Shown here one piece after another: positions 31,501-44,995 of a stretch of 64,000 nucleotides of DNA. The stretch covers positions 4,050,008 to 4,114,007 of the forward strand of contig NW_002060943.1 in the NCBI RefSeq assembly GCF_000150275.1. The letters are read 5' to 3'. This stretch comes from Trichoplax adhaerens (lineage: Eukaryota > Animalia > Placozoa). Below the pieces are notes generated by a model, which saw only the letters and a list, made by a program, of their open reading frames with translations, made no database searches and was not told where the DNA came from. Made by a program: the position numbers and the translations under genes. The stretch's first letter is position 1, and each line of letters starts with the position of its first letter.

Positions 31501-34500
31501 TTTCGATCTATCCGTGTCTGGAAATAACAAGAATCCTGCCAATAGTTGCTTTCCGGCAATTAATTTAGATGCTACAGTATCACTTGCACCACCACGAGGA
31601 ATGCGCGGAGGAAGAATTTTGAGTGGTGGTAAAAACGAAAGGTAAGGATAAATATCAAAAACAGATAGGTTAATAACCCTATTAAAGTCATTTGAAAATA
31701 GCTTTTTTTAAGACCATGGCAATTAAAAATAAATAACTATTTTACTAGCTTATTTTTGTTCATAAACCATATCAAATCATGCATGTGGAGGATAATCAAG
31801 TTGATTTTCGCAGTTTTGATTACAAATCTTATACAAATCTAAATGGAATAACTACCATCTTTTGAGATAGCTCAAAGAGAGATGGATTAATTACTCGTAT
31901 ATCAAAAAATGTATTATATTTTATTTGTATCAAAAATTTCCTTCTGAAGCGTAGGAACCATGGCTTATATTGTACTATGAGAATCCAAACAATTTTTTTG
32001 TAGGGTTTATTTCTTATTTACTTAAAGATAATTTACCTTATGTTTTTTTCTTTTACTATTCTAATTAAAGGAAAAAAACACCATCTGATTCACTATCCTC
32101 ATTCCATCAAAAAAGTGCTGGTCAATCACGTCAATTTTTACCAGGTTTGTAAATCTATACCCTAGAGTACAATAAAATGTAAATGTTGGCCATAAAATAA
32201 ATGTAATCAAGTCGTGTATTATATTAAATATATACGAATCATCAATATGATGAATTATCTTCTCGCCGATTTCATGTAAAATCAAATTGCAAGCAGTTCA
32301 AAATGAAGTGCCTAAGCCATCATCTGTAAGTAAAGAAAAAGAAATTGCTTGGCTAATGAAAAATGTTTTCATTGGTTAATCATTGCCTTTCTGACCACTC
32401 TTTTTTCTCATCAACAGGCAATTGTATTACCAGCAATTCCAGATCGTGAAACTCAAGGAGTTGGCAATGAATCAAGGAGACCTCATATTGTCGATTTAGG
32501 TAATCATTTAATTGACTAGATAGCCAGTACATAGTATAAAACCTAGTTGATCAAGTGTGAGATACATGCTATAACAACTATAATTGAATGGAGAATAATT
32601 TTTTTTATCTATTTTAAGATTATTTATCATCGAAAGATACGGAAACTTCTCAAACAAATCAAGAAACAAATGGCTGTGATGGAGACATTAGTACTACTTC
32701 AAAGTCCTATAGCGATAATCGCGTTGGAATCAACACCATCGATTGCACTCCAGTAGAATTATCCAACACAGATAATAGCTTACAAGATAGTCCTCCTAGT
32801 CTTGAACGCCATCGCAGTAATCGACGTGGTCGTTTAAACCCTTTAAATCAAACTGATCAAGATCATTCAGCTAATATGACACCACCAGAAATGATGGATG
32901 CCAGCTCATCAAGTTCATTAAGTTGGTCATTAAATGATTCTCCAGCTTCATTAGTGATAGATTGTAGTGATGACCGAGAGGAAGCAACTCCACCTAGCAA
33001 GCCTGATGTAACTGATTTACTCAAGCTTAATCTATCTATGAGACCTAGAAATTTAAGTAGTATCTCAGAAAGGAATGAATCAGATTCAGAGCGAATATCG
33101 TCAGGACTTAGTAAATCCAATTGCAAAGATGGTCAAAAGAAACCAGACAATAACAGAAATCAAATTCGTTACGAAAAGTTATCAACGACGGATAGTTCTG
33201 CAATTACATCAACTACAGAGCATAGTGAAACAGATACTACATTACAATATGAGAGTAGCGATGCCACAGTTACTACAGCGAATAAAATTAAAAGTAATCA
33301 TGATATAGAGAGGAATGGAGTAATGATAACCGAAAATAAGGATTTACTCGTTGAAAATAATACAACCATATCGAATCATGACCATAGCGTGAATGGCTTG
33401 ACGTCAGATCCTTCTCGAAATGAACTAAATATTCCTCTTGATCCTTCAGCTAGGGTACCATCTAAAAATAGTAATTCTAGCGAGAATACATCTGAATTAC
33501 CTATTAATGGCTTTAATGGATTATCATCTCAACATTTATCACAAAATGGTAGTAAAAGAGGTAGTATGGACTCAGAATTTACTAGTCGCAGCTATAATTC
33601 GTCATCAGTAACAGGTTATAAAGGTTCATCAGAAACATCCAACGATAGTATTGATGATAGTAATTACAAGACACGTTCAAGCCTTTCCAAAGTAACAAAA
33701 CAACGTGTTCGAAAAGCTCCATTTCCTCTTCATCGTGAGGATAGCTTTGCAGACGATGAAATGAGTAATTATACATCAGGACAAAGTCGACGGACAAGCG
33801 AACTAAGTTGCATATCACAAGAAGCTATCGATGATTTAACACGATCCGGAGCAAAATCGGTAGCTGCTCAAATTGAAAATTTAAGCAAGAGTAATTTGCC
33901 AGTAATCCATACTGTACTAGATTCCGGTAGCCATCGTCTCTCCATTTGCAGTAGTTTTAACGGTATATCAAGCGATATTGATGACCCCGATGCCCAGCGA
34001 ATTAGTTGGAAAAAGGGTCAAATTTTAGGAAAAGGAGGATTTGGCGTGGTAATGCTTTGAATATTATACCCATGTAGAAGTATAATTAATTATACTTGCT
34101 CAGTCATTTTTATTGTAGAATTTTAAATTTATAATATTTTAAATTAGATATTGGTTTTTAACTCAATAACTAAATTTTGTAGCAGTGTTAATCATTTTTA
34201 TTACTTGACAGTATCATCTTACAATACTTAATTAATATTATAGGTGGTTTGCGGTCTTACTAATGATGGTCAACAGATTGCAGTGAAGCAGGTTTCATTA
34301 GATGATAAAGATATCGATAGCGCCGTGAAAGTATATGAAAATCTACGACATGAAATTAAAATGCTAAAAAATTTACGTCATCATAATATTGTACAGTAAG
34401 TAAATGTGAAACAATAACAGTCGTAAGCCTTGTTTTATTCAATTTACCATATACTGTAGAATCCAAAATGTAAGTATTAATTTTTCATTAATTATATTAT

Positions 34501-35961
34501 CTCTCAATCACTCAGTTATCTAGGTATGGCTTTAGAAAATGATACGGTCAATATATTTATGGAGTTGGTAACAGGAGGCACAATTGCGAATGTTATAAAG
34601 AAGTAAGTAGAAAAGCTTATAATGATAAAATAACTCATAGTATGCGATAATTTTATAACATATATATGCGTATTTGCTCGCATAATACTCTAATAATCAT
34701 TTTGTGTATAACTATCGATAACTAGTTTTGGACCATTGGATGAGAAAATTTTTAGTCGATACACAATGCAAATCCTCCAAGGTTTAAAATATGTTCACGA
34801 TAGAAACATTATTCACAGGTAAGATTAATCGGATATTGAAGACACTAAGATATATCCAGTTTTAATTTAGATATTTCATAATACTTTACTAAAATCCATT
34901 ATTAAAGCTAATATCAAAAACTATCTTTTTTTTTTGAGTTTGCTGCGGTAATAGTTTGAACTTGATCATATTATAAATGTCAATCTCCGTAGGGATATTA
35001 AAGGCAGCAATGTCATGTTAATGCCTTCTGGTGTTATCAAATTGATCGATTTTGGCTGTTCTAAAGTAATGCAAAAGACTTATGTATGTATACCAAATCC
35101 AATAATAAATCAATAAAGGATTCAAAAAGTGGTAAATATTCCTTGGTAACCTCCATTTTCTCATTTAGGCTGACTCTCACAGTAATAACAACAATACTGG
35201 AAGTCCAAATAATTCCGTGGGTGCAAGTTCCATTAAAGGTACTCCGTATTGGATGGCTCCAGAAGTAGTCAAGCAAAGTGTGTGCGGCTGCGAATCTGAT
35301 ATATGGTAAAGCATGGTGTAATTATGCTTCATTTTTGTGAATAAACCTCTTTGTTATAACTTAACATTCCAAAAGAATCGCTATAAAAGTGTTAATATTA
35401 CCGTACCAATTTAATGATTAGGAGTACCGGTTGCACAGTCTTTGAAATGGCTACAGGAAAACCACCTTGGTATTTTAAAATTATTAGCTACATATAAAAA
35501 TATGAAGTGTCAATTATAGAAGCCTTAAAAACTTGTTTGAGTGAGCCTAAACCTTGTTATTATTCTATATGTAGGGCTGAATTTAATAAATTAGCGGCAC
35601 TATATAAGATTGGTTCCGATACTGAGCCTCCACAATTGTCTACTGATTTATTTTCAGAAGATTGCGTCAATTTTGTAAAATCTTGTTTAACAAGGTGATC
35701 TAGAGCATAAGAAATAATATAATATTTGTTACCACTTTCTACTTACGCCAATAAATGAATTGCTAAAGTTTGCACAAACGAAAAGGATTAAGCCACCACT
35801 GGTTTATTCTAACTTACTGTAATAAATTAGAGTTTTTATTTAACTTGCTATATCTTATTTTTCAAAGGAGCTTAACTTTCTCTTCTCCTATTTGTAATAG
35901 AGATCCAAAAGCAAGACCAAGTGCTACGCAGCTTCTTCGATTACCATTCGTAGTACTGTAA
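25506..35961 (+). CDS. MAP3K19: MAP3K19/YSK4-like STE11 kinase with N-terminal ankyrin repeats, about 28 coding exons
   Basis: Frame-consistent splicing links ankyrin exons (FEAVK|NGDLERVKNFL, GNTPIMYA, GCTPLL, GYTPLHHAA, YSPLHHASKSGH, GETPLHLS, GLTPVDVA) through a Ser-rich 1.4 kb exon (~32619-34048) to the kinase domain: [84 protein letters not shown]. CGLTxxGQxIAVKQV and [17 protein letters not shown] are characteristic of MAP3K19. Confidence 0.9.
27900..28195. repeat. Degenerate ~60 bp tandem repeat x ~5 in MAP3K19 intron
   Basis: TCTGAGC-like anchors at ~27924, 27984, 28045, 28106, 28166; alternate units are more alike (~121 bp dimer). Confidence 0.7.
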
Positions 35962-37396
35962 TTAAATATCTGTTTACAATCAGATAACTAGTGCCAGCAC
36001 TCTAAACGATAAATTTGCTCGACCATTTTTTATTCATGGAATATTTTGTAAACATAGCTTATGATTTCTAAGTCTGTTTACTAGCTTTATTATCTCTTCG
36101 AGATAAGAGAACTACAATACGATCAATATTCAACAAATAGGGAATTACTCGTCGAATATTTGATTGATTCTAGTTACAAACGCAAGATACTTTTTAACAA
36201 TTACCGAATATGTTTAAGTAAATGTCTATTATTTCATCTCCCATTGGTTTTCACCCATCTTTAATTTGCTAAGGACAAAATTTTTTGTAAATCTATGATA
36301 CATATAATTTTACAGCTTATATAAGTTCGTTACATCTGTCTGAATTCTAACTTACAATATATGGAATTTATGTTTTATTACAATTTCCTTGACTGAAGAT
36401 TACTTCAGGCAGTGTTTGTTAACATTTGGGTTGATAGGAGATTATTGTAGTATACTTTTAAGGCTACAAATACAGAAAATACTGTACTCTCTTTAAACCT
36501 TTTAATTTGTCGCATTGATTTGCCGAAGGCAATTGTATTACCGATAAATAATGATCAATGATGTTCCTGAAAGAATATTTCATCTGATTGACTTTTGATC
36601 TATAAATTAAATTATAGTGTATGATAAACTCGTGTATGTACGGTATAAGCGCAAGTATTTTTAATTTATATATTCTACGCTTGACACTAAATCTTACAGG
36701 TATGGAGTGTAAGATATCTATCCAAGTGCTCTTAAGTCTTCACATTTGGGCATGTTTAATTTTGACTGCAATAAATAGTTCAAATTTTGATCTAAGAATC
36801 TTCAAATACTCACAAAGTGTAGTAAGTAAGTTTATTTAGAATACTATCGTGCTTTTTTATACTCTATGTAATCGTATCATTGGTTTTAATGGGTGATTTG
36901 ATCAATCTTTTTTTACTTCAAACTTATCGTTTTCTATCTACTATATTTGAAAGATAAATGTACAATTTCTATTACGATGAGCAATTAGCAACCCTGTTTT
37001 ATCATTTACTCGATCTTCAACTTTTATTTTGATTCAAGACTGTAATTAGATCCTTTTTTTGCATGTTTAATTGATGCAACTGTTTCCCTTTTGTTATGTA
37101 TATATATGCTATGATATTGTCATCGACTTGTTTTTTAAGTATATTTGTTATTCTATTGAGAATAAAATTTACTCGATAAAAAAGATCTATGTTAGTTTAT
37201 TTATCATTAATAGTCATTAAACTTATTATTAGCTAATGGTAACTTACACAATGACTTTAACCTTAGACAATGAATTAATTTATCACTGAAAAAAATAATC
37301 ATAATTTTAAGTTAGACTTTTAGAATAGCTACTGATAGCATATCACACCTTCTTTATATTAATAAATTACTTTCCTTTACGTGGTGTGATATCCAA

Positions 37397-38970
37397 TTAT
37401 GGTGGAGCACTGAAATAAAATTTAAACTAAAACATAGTCAACAAATAAAGAATTTTGGTCCTACATTTAGCGTAGCTTCTCAATCTCGGTAATGAAAATA
37501 TAAATCTAATATCGAATTTAATATTTTAGTATCAAATCGTTATAAATAAAGAATATTTCTTATATATGATATGATTGAATACTTTACAATTCAATTCTTG
37601 ATTTCATATCCTTATATGAATGAAGTATTACGGTATTAAGTATATTAGCTATGTTAGCTTAACTTAGCAGATCTTCTTAATTTATGACTTAATGATTGTA
37701 CTAACAGAAATACTACAGTTTAATTGACTAATCAGCAGATTAATAGTAGTATCAGAAATGAGGATAAACTAATTCAGTTTCACTGATCTGTTATCCTATA
37801 CTATCTTAGCCTAAATACTCGTAGGCCTTACAAAGTAGCAAAAGCCGGAGCTAAACTTAAAAGTGGAGTGTAATAAAATACTACTGCAGTAAGAAACACT
37901 TTAAAGAACTTGGAAGACTATGAAACGGTCGTAGATTGAAGAAGTAATATACAGTATATGGAAAATGGCTAATTAAATTAGCCTGATATCTCAATGTATG
38001 ATCAAGGTAGCATTAATAGATATGATCTGATAAAGCAGTTTAAGTTAAAATGAGATTATGTGCACTACGTCGATTCGAATCAATTTTAGCGAATTAGGCA
38101 TCTTTTCAATGCTAGTTTCATTAACTGCTAAATTAGTTTTGACTTATCGATAATGAAGATTTATTAGATTTGTCCGTATAGCTTGATGTTGAATGTCAAA
38201 TACATAAGGAATAAAAGATTATTCAATATTGCTATCTGGTCTATCAAACCGTAAAAGAAATGCTATGCATTTCGATATTATAATTCTATACTCTTGCCTG
38301 TAATTAGAAAAGTATCTTAATTCTTGATGCGATATTGAAACTGGATAAATCACTAGCAAAATTGATACCCATCTAATGGTGTGATCATCAAAAATGGTAA
38401 AATTGGTTTTGGACAAATTTAATTCTCCAAATATGGCTTATGTACATAATTATTCCGTTCCAGATTATGATGCAATTCATTTTTTAATGGCAAAAAAGAT
38501 TGACAGTTTTGTCCTAAGTACATGCTGAAATAATGTGTAAAAATGAGGTTAAGAAATTAGATATCCATGCTAAGATGATAACAATTACTTTAGCTCTCCA
38601 ATTGTCAAACTCATTTTGTAACGGTAAGGCGATAGTAAACACTGAAATCGATCAAATTTGTTATAACGTCAAATTTAACAATATTTGAAGAGCATAAAAG
38701 TAAACAGTACCTAAATATTATTATATCATTTAATAAAAATATCTATAAGTATTGGCGTAGGATTTTCTTTGTAATCCAACTCATCATAGCAACTATGAAA
38801 TGTAGCCAAATTCAAATCTTTCTATACTTATGCTTTGATAATTCGTGTAACCAAAGGGAAAAGTTAGATCATTTTGATTGTTGCCTAGACGAAAATGAAA
38901 CTAACCGTTGTCATAGAGACTAACCTATGGCAAAGGGAGCGAAATATAAAGAGGTGGGAAAGATATTCAT
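37397..38970 (-). other. Candidate unannotated spliced transcript / small ORF (3 exons)
   Basis: Canonical sites define 38970-38925 (AG|GTTAGT), 37883-37832 (CTGCAG| ... |GTAAGG) and 37409 onward (TTTATTTCAG|). One frame gives MNIFPTSLYFAPFAIVVFYYTPLLSLAPAFATFAPP*. No homology recognised. Confidence 0.2.
38907..38920. promoter_or_regulatory. 14-bp X-box (RFX) motif
   Basis: GTTGTCATAGAGAC; the reverse complement GTCTCTATGACAAC matches the GTHNYY-AT-RRNAAC consensus exactly. Confidence 0.45.
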
Positions 38971-40564
38971 TAACAAACCTATCTACTTCATCGCATTTGA
39001 TAAACAATTACAATCAATAAATGAAAATAGTTGAGGAATATGGAGGACATTTGGTAAAATCAGGAGAAGCGATTAGGTTGTATTAGTAAAACGATATACG
39101 AATCGCATATTGGCTGTGGTAAAAATTAGAATAGTATTTTAGGTGAAATAATAAGCATCATTGGTTTATGTGAAGGTTGTAGCATGGGAAAAAGATGGCC
39201 CTGTAAAGTAACTAACTGATATTTTATACCCTATGGTTAGAGTGATAATACAGTACTTGTAAAATACAAAGTATCACTTGTCACAACATCAGGAAATAGT
39301 TTGGAAAATTGTAAACAAATTACAAATTATGGTTAACACGAGATCCATCAATATAGCTTGAATAATGTTATCTGTTTACTTTTTTCTCCTAGCTCCCTCT
39401 TGACGATAGTATAGACTATTACAATGTCATACATAAAATCAATTTTTAAATGAAATGTTGAAGGTTTCTGAACAGTTGCTGGATGGAATGCGATAGCGAT
39501 TGTAAATATGAGAGTAATATGGAATAACAATGTGTCTAGCTTAAATGAATACCTTATTATCTATTTTCCAAAGGTAACTGCCATCAAGCGTGTTGTTACT
39601 TCTTTACAATTGAATGTATTATTAATAAATCATACATATTTATAAGCCTTATTTGCAAATTGAAGCCATCTCATACGCTGTGATACTCCACTTGAGTGTC
39701 GATCATACGCAAGAAATGAAATTTTTCAAAGCTATCGTTATTCCATAATAATTTCTTATTAGCAATTACCAGCTTAACTGAGTTTAGGCAATATTGATCG
39801 TCATAATAGAGCTATTTTAGCGGTGGAATTTGTCAAGGTAGTGATAAACTAATTTAAACGAGGGTACACGCATTGTTTACGAGATTGGAATAGAAAATAG
39901 TTGCAAGATTTCATTAGGTAATAGGCATAGACAAGTTATCGAGAGGTTCAATAGGTAAATCATGATCCATTTTTAGTAGAATCTTGTACATCGATCGATG
40001 TCGTTATTATTAATTATCCCTTATTTTTTTCCTTTTGGAGTGGGGGGGGGGGGGGGACGGTCAAGTAACTTTTCATTTTAGTATTATTCCTTGGTTAAAG
40101 AAGTGCACTATACATGACCTGTAAATCATATCATTTCCACTCCCCAAAATGATTCATTGTAATTGCTGATCTGTTAGTCATGATTATAATACAGTTTAAG
40201 GAGATCACGTTTACGCATTTGCTCTATTAATCATTGATAATAGAAAGAGGAATTCCTCAAAGTCGGTTATTCGTTATTTCTCTCTCTCTCTTGATTATTC
40301 TCAAGGGTACCTATTTCAAGAATATAAGAGGATGAAGAAAATAGAAATGCTATAGTTGAATTCAAGTCCAGTCCAAAACTGCTTTCAATTCATTTCGATC
40401 GTTTTATCATTCCTTATACCTTGCCATGGTCTTCCTGTCGGAGGAAATTCTATTTTTTATTGATCAAGACTGCTAAAAATATGCCCTATGTCTGCTTTAC
40501 TATTATACCGTATACTTGAATACAGTACAGTAGACTACTGTCTATCCTATGGTACAATAAGTAA

Positions 40565-40862
40565 TCCTATTTCGCTATTTCCTTCATATACTGTAGTCCA
40601 CTGTATCCATGGATCAATTATTCTGCATGTGGAGCTAAATATAAACCGGTTCAAGCAAATAATGGTCCTATTTCGCTATTTCCTTCATATACTGTAGTCC
40701 ACTGTATCCATGCATCAATTCTTCTGCCAGTGGAGCTAAATATAAACCGGTTCAAGTAAATAATGGTCCTATTTCGCTATTTCCTTCATATACTGTAGTC
40801 CACTGTATCCATGGATCAATTATTCTACCAGTGGAGCTAAATATAAACCAGTTCAAGCAAAT
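40565..40862. repeat. Tandem repeat, 101 bp x 3
   Basis: TCCTATTTCGCTATTTCCTTCATATACTGTAGTCCACTG... at 40565, 40666, 40767. Confidence 0.95.
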
Positions 40863-40929
40863 TATGACAATAAAATTCCAATTCATTTCCCTCGTCTACA
40901 ATCGACGTCCAAAGTAGAGTCTTGCTACA

Positions 40930-41263
40930 GCGAGAAGAAACTCGATTGATCAGACGAATTACCGCAGCGTGACGTAGAGAATGGGTTACGTCACAACAGT
41001 ACAACGCTTGACTGAGTCCATCCGCTCATCCAGTCCAGTACTCAGTACTCTATACTGTAGTGCGACAGTGTACTTCACACTGTACACTGTAGAAGAGACT
41101 TTCTAACCCTAGTGTACACTGTACTGTACAGTATAGAGCACTGTAGTGGACGAGCGGATGGACTCCGTCAAGCAATACTGTACTGTTATGACATAACACA
41201 TTCTCTACGTCACGCTGCGGTCAGTTGTCTGATCATTCAGTGATCAATCGAGTTTCTTCTCGC
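40930..41263. repeat. Long imperfect inverted repeat (fold-back / MITE-like element)
   Basis: Left arm GCGAGAAGAAACTCGATTGATCA...CCGCAGCGTGACGTAGAGAATG...GAGTCCATCCGCTC (40930-~41032) is the reverse complement of the right arm (~41147-41263). An inner pair CTCTATACTGTA / TACAGTATAGAG extends the stem. No clear target-site duplication. Confidence 0.9.
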
Positions 41264-44054
41264 GGTACTGTACTGTAGAATGTCCTGTGCGTTACAGTGT
41301 ACAGTACTGTACGTACATGTTTTTGCCTGAATTGTACTGTACACTGTATGCTACAGAGCAAAGTACTGTAGTTATAAGTGGTCAACTGCGGACTGTAGCT
41401 CGTCTCCATGATTCCTCTTAGTTACAGATGAAAGAGATTTGTTTCAAAATTGTTGTAGTCTCTCCAAGTTAGTTTCCTTCCGCCAAAGCTTGGCAGTTCC
41501 TCCTTCAAAGCTCAAAATCGGTAAGAAGAATTGATTGATTATTTGTTTATTCTTTGCAACGATTTAAAATAAAAGATAGAGAACTTGCAGTAATCTTTCG
41601 TTTGATTGATATGTCGTCCACTTCTTCAATAATGCCAAGAATGATTCATCATCAACACAATGATTTCATCTTGATGTCGAGTTTTTTAAACAGCCATGGA
41701 TATCCTCAGTAATGTGTAGTTTACACACCTATCCGATAAATAGAAATACCAAATAAATAACATTGATAAAAGTCCTTCTTTCGCCACCACTTTACCCGTA
41801 CTATACTATCTACAAGTAGATGAGTGAAATGATATACTACCCGATTTCCAATCAATAAAGGCATCGGCTTCCCCAGCTGTCAATCGAGCCACATAGCGAC
41901 CAAAGTGGTTCAATTATTTCATTCTTACGCCGTAATCGTTGGCAAATTTATCATTCTTCACCTATTCATTTATACAGTAGAGAGAAATTGTACCTTCAAA
42001 TGGAGACCATACTCTGCCTGATTTTTTCCCCAAAACCTTGAGTATGATTGGATCGGATCATTCTTTGACGACCATTTGCTGCATTTACCTATCCATATCA
42101 ACTACAATCAGTTAATAAATAGAAAGATAATCAGTTTTTAAAAACTTCCCGTAGTAAACCTTACGGATCGACAGATACCTTGTTGACATATAATAAACGC
42201 ACTAAATTAGCGAACTCCGGGGGGGGGGGAGGAGGGCTGAGTAAGGAAAGTCGAAACGACTGCATGAAAGATAATTTCAGTCGCAATTTTGAACCCATTT
42301 TATTGGTGTGGTATTCACAGGGCCATCAACACAATTTGCTTTGGATTTACTTTTGCCGTCTTATTATTTGTAGTCCTTTTTTTTTATTTGTTGTTGATTA
42401 CCGACAAGTTCAAGTTAAATGTCCGTAGACAATTGTATTGTCATGCTTTGTCTGCAGAGTATATACATTCGCCACCTTGTAGAGATCGCCTACGGTTTCC
42501 AGTTACTTCTTTCTATTTACTTCAATATCAATCGATCTATCCATTCAAAAATAGGTAGAGAGTTTTGAGCTATCTTCACACTGTCAAACCATTTACAAAT
42601 TCAATTGGTGCCAATTGCTGCTGAACTAAGAATGATTGATTTTCATTGACGTACAGTATATACAAGCAGTATGCTATCCATAACCTATGGAATATATTGG
42701 TCGGTTTGATAAACGTATATCAATGTGTGCAAATATTCTACAGCATTCTTTTATCGGCAAATCTTCCGTAGTTCAATATCGACAATACGTACGTAAAATG
42801 GCAATACAACGTTAATAATACCAAGATGATTAGCAGAAAATTGATCGTTACTGTACACCTTGATTTACCAAATACTATCTTGTCGATCGTCAGAGGTCTA
42901 TCCGATCAATAAGTTGCGTTGCTCTTTCAATGTTACCCTTTGAAAGATATCAAAGTTGAATTTTTCTACTTAGTTGCACGCTAATTCATTATTAGTGATC
43001 ATAATCAAGACTAATTCATTTTGACTTGATCGTCAATTTTGAATTTTTTTCACTTTTATGAACTGATTCAAACTTTCATTTTTCAACTCCAACTTTTCTC
43101 ATATACGGTCGGTCCTGTGATCGTCAATTGGTCATGATGGTCATGTAAATTAGTCCTACATGGCATGATACAAGGAAACAGCCATAATATGTATTAATTC
43201 TATCTACTGCAGTGCAATCATGTTGACTACTGTCTATGTTTGTCATGATAATGCTCCAATGGATTCACAAATTACTACCTAGTCGTCTAGCAGTTATCTG
43301 CAGTGACCTAATTTAAAATTAAAAGCGATTGGTAAGATACCAAATTATAATTGTCTGTATTAGAATAGCAGAGGAAGGAGAAAATAAAAAATTGCTCCGT
43401 CAAGAATAAATTGAATTGTTTAGCTATTTTTTAATTGGTATTGATCAATATGTATCCATAGTTTCAAGTCTTAGTTGTCCAACGCATTTATGCTGTTCGC
43501 GTTTGCTTGACAAATGTGAAATATGCGCAAGATAAAGGACATTCATTGTAGCAATATGTATGATTTTGATGATCGTCCATTGTTGAAATGCATATTTTCA
43601 AATAAAGTTGGACAATTTCCCATTTATATATATACATTACCCTTTCAAAATGATTCACTTGTTATGTCTATTCTAATTTCTATATCGGTCATTACGACGT
43701 ATCTTGGACAACGATGCATTCTCTATCAACTGTGTCCATCATCATAGCGACAAAGAAAGATTTGATTCTGTTATTCAAGGAAGCTTAAAGAAAGAAATAC
43801 ATTTGGTAATAAAGAAACTTGACTATTGTCAATTCGGATAAAAAACACTTCTTCTTTTCTATGCCGATCATTTTTCTCAAATCATTCCAACTCAAGTTCA
43901 AACTGGTAAGACTTTTCATGCAATTTCTCTTGAAATTTTCAATCTATAAAGTAATGATTTGATTCACTCATGCTGTACTGTATATTGACATTACGATATT
44001 CATATCAAGTTGAACAAGAGTTGAATGGAAGTAGTGTTAAACGATCTTTTCAGT

Positions 44055-44995
44055 CTGATTCCTTTCCAAAAGTCATTCATGTTAGTACTGTGGTTTGATT
44101 TAGAATCCAAAAAGTCAGTGGCAGCACCAAAATTGCTCCACCAAGTCATCAATGATTCAGTTAACCTTTCAGTCTTTCTTGACCTATCTTCATTGAAATT
44201 TATTCTGCATGTATCCATCCTTTATAATTAGTGCCATAAGTCAATACTGATTCCTTTCCGTGCTTATTTCATGGTAGTACAGTAGTTGGAAGTCAGGATA
44301 GAAAGTCAGTAGCAGCATCCAAATTGATCCACTAACTCATCCATGACTCAACATTCGGTTAGCCTTTGCCTTTCTTCAACTATCTTCATTTCTATCTATT
44401 CTGTATGCATTTATCCTCTATGATGCTTGAAATTGAAAGTTAGTGCCATAAGTCAATACTTATTCCTTACCATACGTACACATTTCATGGTAGAAATTTG
44501 ATTTAGGATAAAGAGTCGATCTAACGTTAGCACCAACATTGATCGGCTAAATCATCGATGATTCAGTCGTTCACTTAACCTTTAGCTTTCTTCAACTATC
44601 TTAATTTGTATCGATTCTGTATGTATTCATCCTTTTATGATGCTTTAAATTGAACTTTAAAATTAGTGGCGGCATAAGTCAATAGTTTATTCCAGTCCAT
44701 ACGTATTTCATGATCGTAGTTTAAATCAGGATAAAGAGCTGATGGCAGAACTTAAAATGATTGCACTAAATTATCGATGATTCAACATTCGGTTAACCTT
44801 TGCCTTTCTTCAACTATCTTCATTTACGCGTATCTCATCAACAATCTATTCTGTACGTCTTCATCTTTTATAATCCTTTAAATCTCGATTTAAAGTTAGT
44901 GTCGTAAGTCAATACGAGTCCATTCTGTACGTCTTCATCCTTTATACTCCATTTAAATTAAGATTGAAAGTTAGTATGATGAGTCAATACGAGTA
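44055..44995. repeat. Diverged ~210-230 bp tandem repeat x 4-5
   Basis: TAGTGCCATAAGTCAATAC-like anchor at ~44230, 44441, 44665, 44897, 44972; GTTAACCTTTGCCTTTCTTCAACTATCTT-like block recurs. Upstream of the AK-like CDS, probably in a 5'-UTR intron. Confidence 0.85.

Noticed and set aside
42180-42558. ORFs including a GGGGGG peptide
   Set aside because: The poly-Gly comes from the poly-G run; TTG starts and no splice-consistent continuation.
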